From positions 27,994,488 to 28,058,487 of the forward strand of contig NC_068983.1 of assembly GCF_001194135.2 (NCBI RefSeq): DNA of 64,000 nt, given 5' to 3'. The stretch's first letter is position 1; each line of letters starts with the position of its first letter. Positions 1-13,014 of the stretch are shown piece by piece. The translations under genes were made by a program, and so were the position numbers. The notes under the pieces are model-generated. The model made no database searches, was not told the origin of the DNA, and worked only from the letters and a program-made list of their open reading frames with translations. Origin of the DNA: Octopus bimaculoides (lineage: Eukaryota).

Positions 1-63
1 TCAGTCAAATCGTCCAACCCATGCTAGCATGGAAAGCGGACGTTAAACGATGATGATGATGAT
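1..63 (+). mobile_element. 3' end of (GAT)n-tailed SINE
   Basis: tcagtcaaatcgtccaacccatgctagcatggaaagcggacgttaaacgatgatgat. The same end recurs at about 17540, 27590, 32870 and 59480, and on the minus strand at 5030, 21200, 28530 and 36620. Confidence 0.9.
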
Positions 64-84
64 ACAGAAGAGACAGGTAGACAG

Positions 85-137
<53 letters not shown>

Positions 138-1241
138 GCATAAATAATATGTAAATATATGCATAAATCCATACATATATGTACATACCTACATCTATAT
201 GTATACATGCATGCATATATGAGTACAGGACATCACAAAAAACGTGAATACAATGAGAAACGAAAACATAAAGACGAAGACAGAAAACGAACTTTTTTTC
301 GTTTACATACAAAGAAATGAGACATGCAACATAAAGAATATTTCCTTTCTTCAGTTGTCCCTGTTCTATCTACTCCATGCAGAGTAGATGGAACAGGAAC
401 AGAGACAGACATAGATTGAGAGAGAGAGAGATGGGTGGGTGAGTACACAAGCACCCGTCTATTAAATTTCACCCACAAGCTTTTTGTAATCCATAGGCCA
501 CAATGTAATATAGTGGCACAGAGTGAGATTGAACCTTCAACCATGTGGTTGCAAAGCAAACTTCAAAACCACTACATGACCGTACTTCCATTGTTAAAAA
601 AAAACACAACTACTCCATATCAAATAAAAGTTTTACAAATTAAATATTCTATTGATTATGTTTTTCTTCCCTTTTTTTCTACTCCTACAAAATCTGTGTT
701 TGTCTCTTTTTTTTGTCAGGTGCTGATGTAAGGAACTACGTGATTTGTTTATAATAGCTTTCAAAAGTTCCAAGTTCTACATAATAGTAGAATTAGATTA
801 GAATTCTTTTTACTTAGCAGCAAATTCTTTATAAAATTTGATAATTTATTTAGTTTTTATTCATCCTTCTACATTTGGTACATTATTACATGAAAACAAG
901 GTTAAGAAAAGTCAATATATTTGACTGGAGAACATTCTTTGTACAGTCTTCATTTCTCTGCCAAACAACGAATTATTATCTTTTCATTTCTTCTATTATT
1001 ACTTCTGTAAATTACAGATTCATTCCCACCCCCACCACACCACTTTACTCATCTTGATTTATAATATTAGTGAATCCATCTGTTGTTTCCGGTGTCTGTT
1101 ATTTTAACATTTGTCCTGATGATACTGTCAGTAATTTGAGACTTTTAGCTGCTGCTGCTTCTTTTGGTGTTGCATCTGTAACTGAAGATTTAGCCTAGTA
1201 TTGGTGATCTAGGTTTTTACTTGGTTATATTATCCGCATGT

Positions 1242-1500
1242 GGAGGCACGTGGCTTAGTGGTTAAGGTGTCAGCATCATGATCGCAAGATTGTGGTTTCG
1301 ATTCCTGGACCGGGCAACGTTTTGTGTTCTTGAGCAAAACACTTCATTTCATGTTGCTCCAGTCCACTCAGCTGGCAAAAATGAGTAATGCTGTGATGGA
1401 CAGGTGTCCTGTCTAGCTGGGGAGCACATATGCCATTGAAACTGAGAAACCGGGGCCCATGAGCCTGGTTAGGCTTTAAAAGGGTGCATTTATTTTATTT
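1242..1500 (+). mobile_element. tRNA-derived SINE
   Basis: A-box tggcttagtgg and B-box ggtttcgattcc head, body and (tttta)n tail. TSD-like tatattatcc(g/a)ca on both sides. Confidence 0.8.
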
Positions 1501-1569
1501 TATATTATCCACATAATATATTTTTCTTCATTTGACTATATAAGAATGGAAAAAGACAAAATGATGATA

Positions 1570-1599
<30 letters not shown>

Positions 1600-1603
<4 letters not shown>

Positions 1604-2330
1604 TAGATCATTGGACGATCTCCTTCCACTCAGCTTTGGGCTTTCCTCTCCAACTGCACCTATCTCCAGTCAGATATTTTTACTTCAGCCTGCAGTCCAG
1701 GTCACCAAAGGTTTCTTAACCTTGCTTTCTTTTTGTCCAGAGGGTTCCACAAAAGTGACTGGCTGGTGATGTTGTGCTGGGGCTTTGTAAGGGTGTATCC
1801 AATCAGGTGACATTGTCTTTGGCTGAGATCTCTGTGTTATTGGGCTGCAGTGGCTGTTAGGTTGGCTTCCACAAGGTTATAAAACTAATTTTCTTCAAGC
1901 AATGAGGAGCATCTTCCTTGGCTGAGTATCCCCCTGAGGCAAGGCTGAAGGTTAGCATCTTCTGTGGAGCAGCTTTCCTACACCTTCATCTTGATCACAC
2001 AATAGGAATGAGTTCATATTTGTAGATGTAAACCTTAATGATTCTGAGGATGTCATGATTTCCAGATGTTACTCAGCAGCTGGAATGCTACTCCACTGTG
2101 CCAATCTTGGCTTTCACATCAGTGGCTGCCATAACTGGTTGGGGATGCTTCCAGGTACTGAAATTTTACATTTCCTCAAGTGAGTCATCTTTAATACATA
2201 CTTGCTCTTCAATAGGAGGAAGGATTTTTGTTTCTGTGAAAATTCAGACCAACAAGTGCCAATATTTCACTGATAGTAGTTGCCGTACTGCTTCTGGGCA
2301 GACTGTGAGAAAGCAGTACAGGAGTACAAG
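1600..2330 (-). mobile_element. Degenerate RTE-clade LINE ORF2 3' fragment
   Basis: Minus-strand remnants FQYL(G)SI, DVKAKIG, IKVY.. and LIGYTLTKP resemble the RTE post-RT motifs FTYLGS, DVKARIGKA and WIGHTLRKP. Many stops. Boundaries are approximate. Confidence 0.65.
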
Positions 2331-2389
2331 TCATCTGTGTAATTAAGAGCCTCAATTTGGGTTCACATGGTCTATTGAAATCCAGTCCT

Positions 2390-2825
2390 CTGGTGTGGTA
2401 AGTAGCTTGCTTACCAACCACATGGTTCTGGGTTCAGTCCCACTGCATGGCACCTTGGGCAAGTGTCTTCTACTATAGCCTCGGGCCGACCAAAGCCTTG
2501 TGAGTGGATTTGGTAAATGGAAACTGAAAGAAGCCCGTTATATATATATATATATNNNNNNNNNNNNNNNNNNNNNNNNNNNNNNNNNNNNNNNNNNNNN
2601 NNNNNNNNNNNNNNNNTATATATACATGTACATGTGTGTGTGTGTGTGTGTCTGTGTTTTTCCCCTCAACAACTCTTGACAACTGATGCTGGTGTGTTTA
2701 CGTCCTTGGCAAAAAGAGACTGATAGAATAAGTACTAGGCTTACAAAGAATAAGTCCTGGGGTTGATTTTCTCGACTAAAGGCGGTGCTCCAGCATGGCC
2801 ACAGTCAATGACTGAAACAACACTT
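2390..2825 (+). mobile_element. Same OK-like SINE family copy (contains N gap)
   Basis: gtgtggtaagtagcttgcttaccaaccacatgg...ccagcatggccacagtcaatgactgaaacaa. Confidence 0.85.
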
Positions 2826-3749
2826 ATTTTAGTGCTGTTGACACCGCCGGATTGACTGTCGAAACCATAATGATATCTGTGGAGCAGCTGATGATGGAGG
2901 TATGTTGGATTATTGGTATGGCTGTTTTAACACATCCTTTTGATGTGTGTGTGTGTGTACATACACAATGGGTTTCTTATAGTTTCCATTTACCAAATCC
3001 ACTCATGAGGCTTTGGTTAGCCCAAGGCTATAGTAGAAGACACTTGCCTAAGGTGCCACACAGTGGGACTGAATCCAGAATCATGTAGTTGGAAAGTAAA
3101 CTTCACACCACACATTCACGCCTACACCTAGCTTAAAAACATTTATTCATAATCTGATGTTTCAACATCTCAAAAGAAAATCAGAGAAACAATAATTTGA
3201 AAGTAAAATTGACATGTTGTTTAAAAAATGATTTTGTTTGTTTCTTGTTAAGAATTTGCTTATTTTTAATAACAATTCCCAAGTCTAAGTTGACAGCTTG
3301 TGGAATTAAAGAAATTCAAGGAAAAAATCTAGAATTTCTTATTCTAGTTTCAAACTGATGATGAGTAACAAATACATCCAATAAAGCAATAACAAAGTCA
3401 TAACAAGAACAACAATAATGACAGTGAGGAAGCCACTATGCAGTTGTTTGACTTGCTAGAAATGGCAGCTAAGTTTTCCTCATACTTCCCTTAAAGAAAG
3501 AAGAATTCATTGAATAATAATGTAGTCTAAGATATACTGTGTCTCAAAAGACATGGTTGCCAGGGCAACAGCGCTTATGATTATAGGTATATTCCATCAA
3601 AACTGAGTTGGTGTAATACAAGAATAGCAACAAAAATTAGTATGTGTTTATTGTACGAAGCCACTTGAAGAGAGGAATAAAGGCAGTATTGGATCAAGTG
3701 TTTTCTTTTTAGTCGAGAATAGTCTTCTTGCTTTTCACCCAACTGTTAT

Positions 3750-4550
3750 CTTTCATATACATCACATGTCTATACCAGGGCAGTTACATTTCTTGTTTAT
3801 AATATGTCATTCTTTTTATACCTATATTCTTCTCTAAGCTCAACTGTATTCTATCATTCATGCACACTAGCATTACACATCCAGTGGAGATCATAGTTGC
3901 TTCATTTCTTTCTGTTCTTTGCACATTCTTCACATTCAGTGCCTATGTTTCACTACCATGTAATATCATGCTTTGTACACAATCCTCGTTTAATCTGCCC
4001 TTCATTCAGAGAGAAACAATTTTGCTGCTAACAGAGACAATTGTTCCTTAAACTGATTTTATCTGTCTTTACTGTGGCTGCTACCTTTTCACAATAGCCA
4101 CTTCTATTATTGATTAGATCACCTGTAAACTACTAGTAAACGTCTCTGAAGATATTCATTTCTTGTGTGCTTTTTCTAACTACTCCTGTGCTTACACATA
4201 AGAAGCCCTTCTCTGTCTGACAGTTTAGCTATGATCCATAGTATCCTATGTGCACCCATAATTTACATTGGATGCACAATCTAGTAAGAGATCCTCAGCC
4301 ACCTTTATCCACTACTCTCTATTGTGCCCTTGAAGATCATAATGATAGAGACAGCATTAGAAAGGTGAATGTCATAAACCTAAGATTTCTGTAAAGCATT
4401 GACAAGAGTGGTAGGAAAGCTAGATAAAACAAGATAACCAAGCCACCTTGATAGATTTCCACCTGGTTTGGAGTGAAAATCAATACCAAAATAACCAAAC
4501 ATATGACAAACTCCATTGGTGTCATCACATCTTGGCACAAGGATAGAAAC
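3750..4550 (-). mobile_element. Degenerate RTE-type LINE fragment
   Basis: Minus-strand remnants CIQCKLWVH and (Y)LGDLINNRSGYCEKVAATVKDR*NQFKEQLSLL resemble YLGD..GGGCSE.V.AR....W.KFRELLPLL. Boundaries are approximate. Confidence 0.6.
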
Positions 4551-5024
4551 TAGTTAGTGTAGTAGATCAAATATTCAAGGGCATTAGACTAGCAAAATCA
4601 CTAGCGGCCCGAGCTCTTGCACGTGACTGTAACAGATGGTGAAGGCTGGTGTATAGCATGTCACAGATGTGCTCCGATGACTGTAAAGAGTTGAAAGCTT
4701 TAGTTATAAATTATTGTTTTTATACCATGTAAGCTTGGAAGAATAGACGTAAAACAATGGTGGTTATGATGATCATATGCTGAGAATAAGGCCCTCCAAT
4801 CAGAGATCAAATGATTTAGCAAAGTATAAAGTTATAAACAACAAGTCTGAGTGCACTTGGACATAAGAAAACCTACTACTGCTGAGATATTCCTGGGAGA
4901 AAATTCTCCTCTTAACAAGGGTGAAAACACAAGGCTGGCTGTAAATGGCATCCTTTAATCATTGGTTGTATGTGTTTCAGTGCCAGATACAAACATCAAA
5001 TCTGATATTCACAGTCAGATAACA

Positions 5025-6580
5025 GTCGTCGTCGTTTAACGTCCGCTTTCCATGCTAGCATGGGTTGGACAATTTGACTGAGGACTGGTGAAACCAGATG
5101 GCTACACCAGGCTCCAATCTGATTTGGCAGAGTTTCTACAGCTGGATGCCCTTCCTAACGCCAACCACTCAGAGAGTGTAGTGGGTGCTTTTACATGTCA
5201 CCCGCACGAAGACCAGTCAGGCGGTACTGGCAACGGCCACGCTCATCTCGCTCAAGAAACCTCATGTGTCACCCGCACAAGAGCCAGTCCAGGGGCACCG
5301 GCAACGATCTCGCTCGAAAATCCTACAACAACCCCACACAAGAGCCAGTTCAGGGGCACTGGCAACGAACTCACTCGAATAATTTCATGTGANNNNNNNN
5401 NNNNNNNNNNNNNNNNNNNNNNNNNNNNNNNNNNNNNNNNNNNNNNNNNNNNNNNNNNNNNNNNNNNNNNNNNNNNNNNNNNNNNNNNNNNNNNNNNNNN
5501 NNNNNNNNNNNNNNNNNNNNNNNNNNNNNNNNNNNNNNNNNNNNNNNNNNNNNNNNNNNNNNNNNNNNNNNNNNNNNNNNNNNNNNNNNNNNNNNNNNNN
5601 NNNNNNNNNNNNNNNNNNNNNNNNNNNNNNNNNNNNNNNNNNNNNNNNNNNNNNNNNNNNNNNNNNNNNNNNNNNNNNNNNNNNNNNNNNNNNNNNNNNN
5701 NNNNNNNNNNNNNNNNNNNNNNNNNNNNNNNNNNNNNNNNNNNNNNNNNNNNNNNNNNNNNNNNNNNNNNNNNNNNNNNNNNNNNNNNNNNNNNNNNNNN
5801 NNNNNNNNNNNNNNNNNNNNNNNNNNNNNNNNNNNNNNNNNNNNNNNNNNNNNNNNNNNNNNNNNNNNNNNNNNNNNNNNNNNNNNNNNNNNNNNNNNNN
5901 NNNNNNNNNNNNNNNNNNNNNNNNNNNNNNNACAAGAGCCAGTTCAGGGGCACTGGCAACGATCCCGCTCGAAAGATTTCATGTGTCGCCCGCACATGAG
6001 CCAGTCCAGGGGTACTGGCAACGATCTCACTCGAAAATCCTACGACGGTTCCACACAAGAGCCAGTTCAGGGGCACTGGCAACGAACTCACTCGAATAAT
6101 TTCATGTGACACCCGCACATGAGCAAGTCCAGGGGCACTGGCAACGATCTGGCTCGAAAAACCACATGTGTCACCCACACAAGAGCAAGCCCAGGGGCAC
6201 TGGCAACGATCCCGCTCGAAAGATTTCATGTGTCGCCCGCACATGAGCCAGTCCAGGGGCACTGGCAACGATCCTGCTCAAAACATTTCATATGTCACCC
6301 GCACAAGAGCCAGTCCAGGGGCACTATCAACGATCTCGCTCGAAAGATATCATGTGTCGCCCGCACATGAGCCAGTCCAGGGGCACTGGCAATGATCCCG
6401 CTCGAAAGATTTCATGTGTTGCCCACCCATGAGGCAGTCCAGGGCCACCGGCAACGATCTCGCTCGAAACATTTCATGTGTCCCCACACAAGAGCCAGTC
6501 CAGGGGCACTGGCAATGGTCTCGCTCGAAAGATATCATGTGTCGCCCGCACATGAGCCAGTCCAGGGGCACTGGCAAACA
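5025..6580 (-). mobile_element. (GAT)n-tailed SINE whose 5' part is expanded into a 61-62 bp minisatellite
   Basis: SINE 3' end in reverse orientation at 5025-5200, followed by a tandem array. Confidence 0.85.
5199..6576. repeat. 61-62 bp GC-rich minisatellite (about 13-14 units visible, 540-N gap inside)
   Basis: The cagggg anchor recurs at 5945, 6007, 6068, 6130, 6192, 6254, 6316 and 6378. Unit is approximately tcatgtgtcgcccgcacatgagccagtccaggggcactggcaacgatcccgctcgaaagatt. Confidence 0.95.
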
Positions 6581-7149
6581 TCATTAAATCATTAAACATC
6601 AAACTCTTTCATTTCCTTTAAAAGGTGTCTAGAAAACCTAATAGGAATTTCCTAACAAATTGAAACTTTCTGTACTAGACAGAAAGTTTATTGGAAATGT
6701 AAATCAATGCCATATCACAGAATATATTGTTGTGGTGGCTTCAACAGACGTTTTGTAAGTTACAAAGTCTCAGATATGAAATTTAAGATGTCAGAATGAA
6801 AGGCGAGTTTCAGTGGATAAAATGTGATCTAATAATTGTTATCTTTAAATAGTTATAAAAATTAGCAAATAGCTAGATATCAAACATACTGATTAACAGA
6901 AAATATATAATTATGTCCAATATTTAGCATCATTTGTCTATGGCAGTTATAGTACAATAAATAATAAGAGTTGTGAGAAATTAGTTCCAATGAAATTAAA
7001 GCACAAGTGTTTGCGTTTATTAATATGAATTAAAACAGATGAAATTACTTGGTAATAATAAGAGCAAAAGCAATGAAAATTTAATTCAAATTTATTAGAC
7101 TATTACAAACTTAGATCCACTTTCCTTAATTAAATACAGGAGTATCATT

Positions 7150-7480
7150 GTGGGTTTTACTCCTCTTGCCACTAGCTTACAGAATGATTGTTTCAGTCTT
7201 ATTAAAAATACTGCTTATGTTTCTGAGAAAGATAATTTACTCAGTATTTCAGTTCATCTAATCTGCAAACAGGTAAACTTTGAGGCAAAGTCAATCAATG
7301 GAGAAGTGAAAACTACTCCAGCTTATTTTTTGTTGGCTCTTCAGGGAAGTTCTAAAATTGGGATCAGGAAATAATTGACCGTCCGACAATTACTGGCACT
7401 CTACGAAACTCAGGTGAGGCCAACAATGGAGTATTGCACCTACATCTGGTGCTGCTACAGACAGAGACATCTTTGACAGC
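7150..7480 (+). mobile_element. CR1/Jockey-group LINE ORF2 C-terminal remnant
   Basis: QLLALYETQVRPTMEYCTYIW at about 7387-7449 matches the L.LY...VRP.LEYC..VW motif. Confidence 0.65.
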
Positions 7481-9258
7481 ACTCGGGGCATAAAATCACT
7501 TAGAGACATGTTTTAGTCTGTAGATCACAGGAAGTAATATTCCCATGAAGGAGGTTGGTGTATACACCAATCGCCTTCACAAAACATAAAACATACACAG
7601 GAGAGAGCATCTCAACATACAACAAATGTAAGGAAAGTTGAAGCCAATATCAAAGCATCAACATCAGAAATGATCGGAATTGGCTGGTCATTGTTATCGA
7701 GAAGATCAGAAAGATCCTTTCATTGCTCCTCTAGTGAAAGCTAACAGAAAGAGTCTTCTTGAGAAATCTCACTTTTCTAGATGTCTTTGTGTGCCACTCA
7801 GGAATTACCATCGCTGAACTTGGAGTTGCAATAAATGATAAAGAGTTGTGAAAGTCGATCATACTGTGAATCTTGACTGGACTGGATTGGCTGTTCAATC
7901 ACATTGAAGGATGATGATGAATATGTCCTCTCTGTCTTTTCTACTGTACAATAGGTAGAAATGGTCCATGCCTCCTCAACTCAGGCACACGTGACTCATT
8001 AGTCTCTCCTTCTCCCAGCATCTATATTGTTTCCAACTGTCAGGTCTCTGCAAAATCCATTATTCCCAGACCATCCTCCTTGAAACATCAACCCTCTGGA
8101 ATCTCCTTTCTGTTCAAGTCTTTCTTGTGATATTGACTAACAACAGTCTAAATGGAACAATAATGGTATTCCTATCACTAATCTCAGAAGGCTTACAAAG
8201 ACCATAGGCACTATCTCTTCCTCCTGACCCAGCAAATGGGGAAAAAATTGCAGAGTATTAATGACTGAATAAATGTACAAGGAATATGTAGGAGAATGAA
8301 TTGCAGATAAAAATTTTGATTAATATTATAGCCAATGAAATCTGTGTAACTGTATCACTTCAACTCTGACTGCTCTCCATGATACAGAGAGAGAAAATGT
8401 GTGAAATCAATGATCAGAAGTAACTGGAGAAAATGGAGAATATATTGCTTTTGTTGTGAATGCTATGATTACTGCAAAAAGTATTATTAGACTGGAATTT
8501 CTTAGTTGTCTGTGAATATTTCTTTCCCACACCAAATTAATGATGTTGATGGCTGCACTTATATTAATTACTTTAGACGGAAAAAAGCCATTTCTTTGTT
8601 ATAGTAGAGTTACAATTTGTTTGAGAATATTGTACAAAGTAATGGGTGATGATGAAGTAAGGAAGAAGGAGGTAAAATCCAACATGAACATATTCCTAAT
8701 GGGTTAATGAATGTAACTTCAAAAAATAAAACCCGTTTGCCCTACTAAAATGATTAATACAAAAGATGATCCAGTCTTCACAGTACAATGGGTACCCAAC
8801 TATAAAAACAGCTTTCCATTGCAAACAAAAAACAAAAAAAATCCATGCTAGCTTGCAGAAATGGATGTAAAATAGTAAAAAGAAAAAGAAAGAAAATTCA
8901 AAATAATTGCTTTTGGTTACCTCTTTCACATTGGAATTCATAAATTCAATAACATATGCTGGAAACTATTTCCATGTTATCTTTATATTTTCTTTCCATA
9001 ACAAAATATATTGTATTTATTTACAAATGTACATTTAGATAAGATTCCCTGCTATATACTTATTTATTTATACAAGATCTCCTCTATTGTTAGTAACATC
9101 TGGAGCATTATGAAAAATATATTCAACGTTTTATTTTTCTATTTATCAAAGATGATATAATTAGCTATAGCCTGCAGATAGAAGTTTTGTCACAGATGTA
9201 TTATATCTTTAGTTTCTATGATTTTACTTAGCCGAAGGTTAAGTTTTCTCTTTTCTAG

Positions 9259-9280
9259 CTAATTGGTTAGTGTCAAGGCT
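9259..9280 (+). CDS. Candidate 22-nt exon of unidentified plus-strand gene (NWLVSR)
   Basis: ttttctcttttctag|CTAATTGGTTAGTGTCAAGGCT|gtaagt has strong sites. Only phase 1-2 is open, and it joins 10855 in phase. Confidence 0.35.
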
Positions 9281-9867
9281 GTAAGTGAGCTATAAAAATT
9301 TTAACAAAAAATAAAAAGCAGTTCAGTTCAAACCAAGCATGGAAAACAAATGCAAATAATGTAAATAAATGTTTCTATATTTTTGTGGTGAATTCTTGGA
9401 GTAGATTTATTCTTTGTATACCATTTTCTTGCTTTTGTAAGCATGTTTTACTTTTATAAGTGCCATGCTGTAAAGTGGTTCATATTAAGAAGGGCATCCA
9501 TCTGTAGAAACCATGCCAAATCAGTCATTTGAGCTTGGTGCAGTCCTCTGGCTTGCCTGATCCTATCAAACAATCCAACCCATACTACTATGGAAAATGG
9601 CTGTTAAATGTTGATGATGATAAGTATTTTCTAATATTTGTCTTTAGATGTTGTTATCAACATAAATAAATAATATTTTCATTGTGTTGGAATTGAACAC
9701 AGTTATTTGAAATGTAGATGCTTAAAAGATTTTAATCACAATATCAGTGTCGTGTATTGTATGTGAAACCAGCCCGAACCACTTTGATTGAATTATAGAA
9801 TAATACAGCCAGAAAGAGGTTTGGCAGAATATTCCTTTTACTATAATTTAGGTATTGCCTTCATATA

Positions 9868-10071
9868 TACTCTTTTACTTATTTCAGTCACCCCGACTGT
9901 GGCCATGCTGGAGCACCACCTTTAGTCGAGCAAATCGACCCCAGGACTTATTCTTTGTAAGCCTAGTACTCATTCTATCGGTCTCTTTTGCCGTACCATT
10001 AAGTTATGGGGACGTAAACACATCAGCATCGGTTGTCAAGCGATGTTGGGGGGACAAACACAGACTCACAA

Positions 10072-10132
<61 letters not shown>

Positions 10133-10301
10133 TATATACGACAGGCTTCTTTAAGTTTCCATCTACCAAATCCACTTGCAAGGCTTTGGTTGGCCCGAGG
10201 CTATAGTAGAAGACACTTGCCCAAGGTGCCACGCAGTGGGACTGAACCCGGAACCATGTGGTTGGTAAGCAAGCTACTTACCACACAGCCACTCCTACGC
10301 C
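9868..10301 (-). mobile_element. Full-length tRNA-derived SINE with internal (CA/TA)n (octopus OK-like family)
   Basis: Reverse of ggcgtaggagtggctgtgtggtaagtagc...ggttcagtccc...ccttgggcaagtgtcttc...(TG)n...gactgaaataagtaaaagagta. Confidence 0.9.
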
Positions 10302-10854
10302 TATGTTAGTATTCACATGAAATGTACATCTATAGGTACGGTTGTGTGTGTGAGTATACACACACTATAACACTTGGTCCTTGGCTACCTTTAGCAGAGT
10401 TCACATGGTTGCAAGCATCCTACAAGTCTCGAAAGTCTTGAAAAGAGTCCTGTACACTACCCCTACCGCCTTTGAGAAATAAAAGGTATTTAGGATAAGA
10501 AGAGTCCTGTCAATTTTTAGTCCTTTTAGCACTTACCAGAAGAGTTCCGTAAATTTTGTTTTTGCACTTATTAGAAGATAGAATTTCTTGTTACTTCAGA
10601 TAACATTTAACACACTTTGCCAAACAGTATAATATATTTCTTTAGAGATATAAATTATTTCACTTGAAAACTGAACATTTTCACAATAAAATCTGTTTGG
10701 TGAAAACAAAATTGACTTGCCAGACATCCAAAGTGTTTTCCAATTCAACAATAGTTTGTTATTTCTATTTTTGTAAAGTATAACATTATAATAATAATAA
10801 GACTGACATTGTAAGATTTAAAATACCTACAAATTTTTTATGATTTTTGTTTAG

Positions 10855-10870
10855 AATGCCGAATTTTTGA
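10855..10870 (+). CDS. Candidate terminal coding segment (LMPNF*)
   Basis: tatgatttttgtttag|A ATG CCG AAT TTT TGA, followed by about 1 kb of AT-rich UTR-like sequence. Confidence 0.25.
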
Positions 10871-13014
10871 AACGGATTCTTTTCTATTTCCTTATTGATC
10901 TGGCAATTTATGATGGATGGACTGCATTGCTATATAATTTCCATCAACTGCTGACAAAAGATGATGGCTTGGCTGGCTGGATAACCCTTGACTTGTCATA
11001 AATCTATTGCAAAATTACAAAGTAACTTGATTCAGAACACCTTTAGAAAGTTCTTGTTTCATATTTATTCCTATTTGCTGATACGTTCGGTCACCATTCA
11101 CATTAGAATTAGGTTCAGTCATTGTTGTGCCTGAAAAGTGTTGTTAATGATTATAATATATTTATTCTCCTCACTAGTATTCATATTAATAATAGAACCA
11201 TCAAATATAGAAAGCATTCTGTTTGACTTTGAATACTGTGCCATATTTTCTTTCCTTTGAATTCTTGCATCTAGTTGGTCAATAAAAATTCCATATCTTT
11301 ACAATTATGGCAATATAAAATAGAACAAAAGAAAAAAATTCTTTGATTGCTATATCTCTATGGAATTTTAAAAGGGTTTAATCTTAATTTGCCAAATACG
11401 CAATATGCAGTCTGCAATTACAAAAGAGGGAAGTTATTATTATCCAGAGCAAATAATATCGAAGACCACACATATTATATTCTAATTTTCTCATTATTTT
11501 AGCAGCATAAATCATTTGCAGAGTTAAGATTTGATAGAATTACTCAGAAAATTGAAAATCTAGAAATTAAAAAATAGCTCTTAATATAATTGGAATATAT
11601 ATATATATTCCAATGTTACTTTCATAACATGATCCATTAGTTTGATATATCTGTAGTTGCATTTTTTGTTGTTGTTGTTGTTGTTTAGAGCATCTTTGCC
11701 TTTATAACAATGCATGATGACTCTGTTACTCAAGATGCTGAGTATGCTTACTCCCTGTACTATGTGATTGATTGAGCTGAGCTTTAGGGAGTGATGTTTA
11801 TTGACATATCTGTATCAGCAAATCTTCTGACAGCTCTGCACTTTTTGAAGATGGTTAGAATATAAACACTCTTACTTGAAAGCAGAAGAAAAAGAAAACG
11901 GGTAAGGATTAGCAACAGAAATAACAATGCCTCAATAATATATACTTGTTTAATCTATGTTAGCAGGGTGGGGGGGAAATAGACTCAAAATGAATGAAAT
12001 TACATATAATTCTATGTTGTTTCCGGTGTACATGTTTGCTGTGTCAGTTATTGAAACTTCCTTCCATATTGCTATCCAAATGTTTGTGTTTCACTGCCTT
12101 CTGTGACTCTGATGTCTCAATAATAGCTCAAAAGTATTTGACGATTTTAAAACTGATATTTTTAATGTTTTTTCAAATTACATTCTTTTCATTTTACAAC
12201 AGCTCTGCCAACTAATACCTTGTAAGTGAAATTGGAAGACAGAAACTGTATAAGAGCTTGTTGTGTATATGTGTGTGTGTTTTGGTATTTGTCTCCACCA
12301 CCACCACTTGTCATGTCAATTTGTGTTGGTTTGTTTACACCCCCATAGCTTAGCAGATTAGTAAAAGAGACTGACAGAGTAAGTACCAAGCTTAAAGAAT
12401 TAAATAATGGGGGTCAATTTGTTCAACTAAACCTTTCAAAGCAATGCTCCCGCATGGCCACAGTCTTATAACTGAAATGAATAAAAGATAGAATTAGGGA
12501 TGGTCCTTGGCAGGTTGACATCTGATGTACTTGATGCAACATATTTTGTTTTAGTGTTCATTGAGTTTGTTATTTTGTAAGTATTTTTGTCACACTACTT
12601 AAGCATATGTCTTATGAAAGTTGATTAATATATATGATCCAGTCTAGTTTGGGGTAAATGTGTAAAATTACAGATTCGAGAAACCCTTAACACAATAATA
12701 ATAATGATATACTATTTGGCCTCATAAGTGTTACTGTAAAATTTATTCATCATTACAATAATATAAAGTTTAAATATTGCAAAGCATTTAATCTGCAGTT
12801 ACTGTTGCTTATTCAGGGTATCAACCATGTCAGCTCAAGCTCAGTTTCTTTCATGCACTCATCACATCTTATTGAAATATTAACATTGTTCATTTAATAG
12901 GGATTGTACACATACTCTAATCAAAAGACTGAAATGAGCTAATGAAGGAGCTTCCATGTGTTCTTTTTCAATGCTTGTAATAGCAGGCAAATTCTAATAA
13001 GAGAACATGTATAT

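Noticed and set aside
435-731. 98-aa ORF and possible terminal exon gtcag|GTG CTG ATG TAA at 720-731
   Set aside because: The ORF starts in SINE-derived sequence. The acceptor is good, but three codons cannot be validated without upstream exons.
5088-6268. Long ORFs (303, 338, 236 aa) in the ORF track
   Set aside because: They run through a 540-N gap and a 62-bp minisatellite inside a SINE, so they are not real coding sequence.
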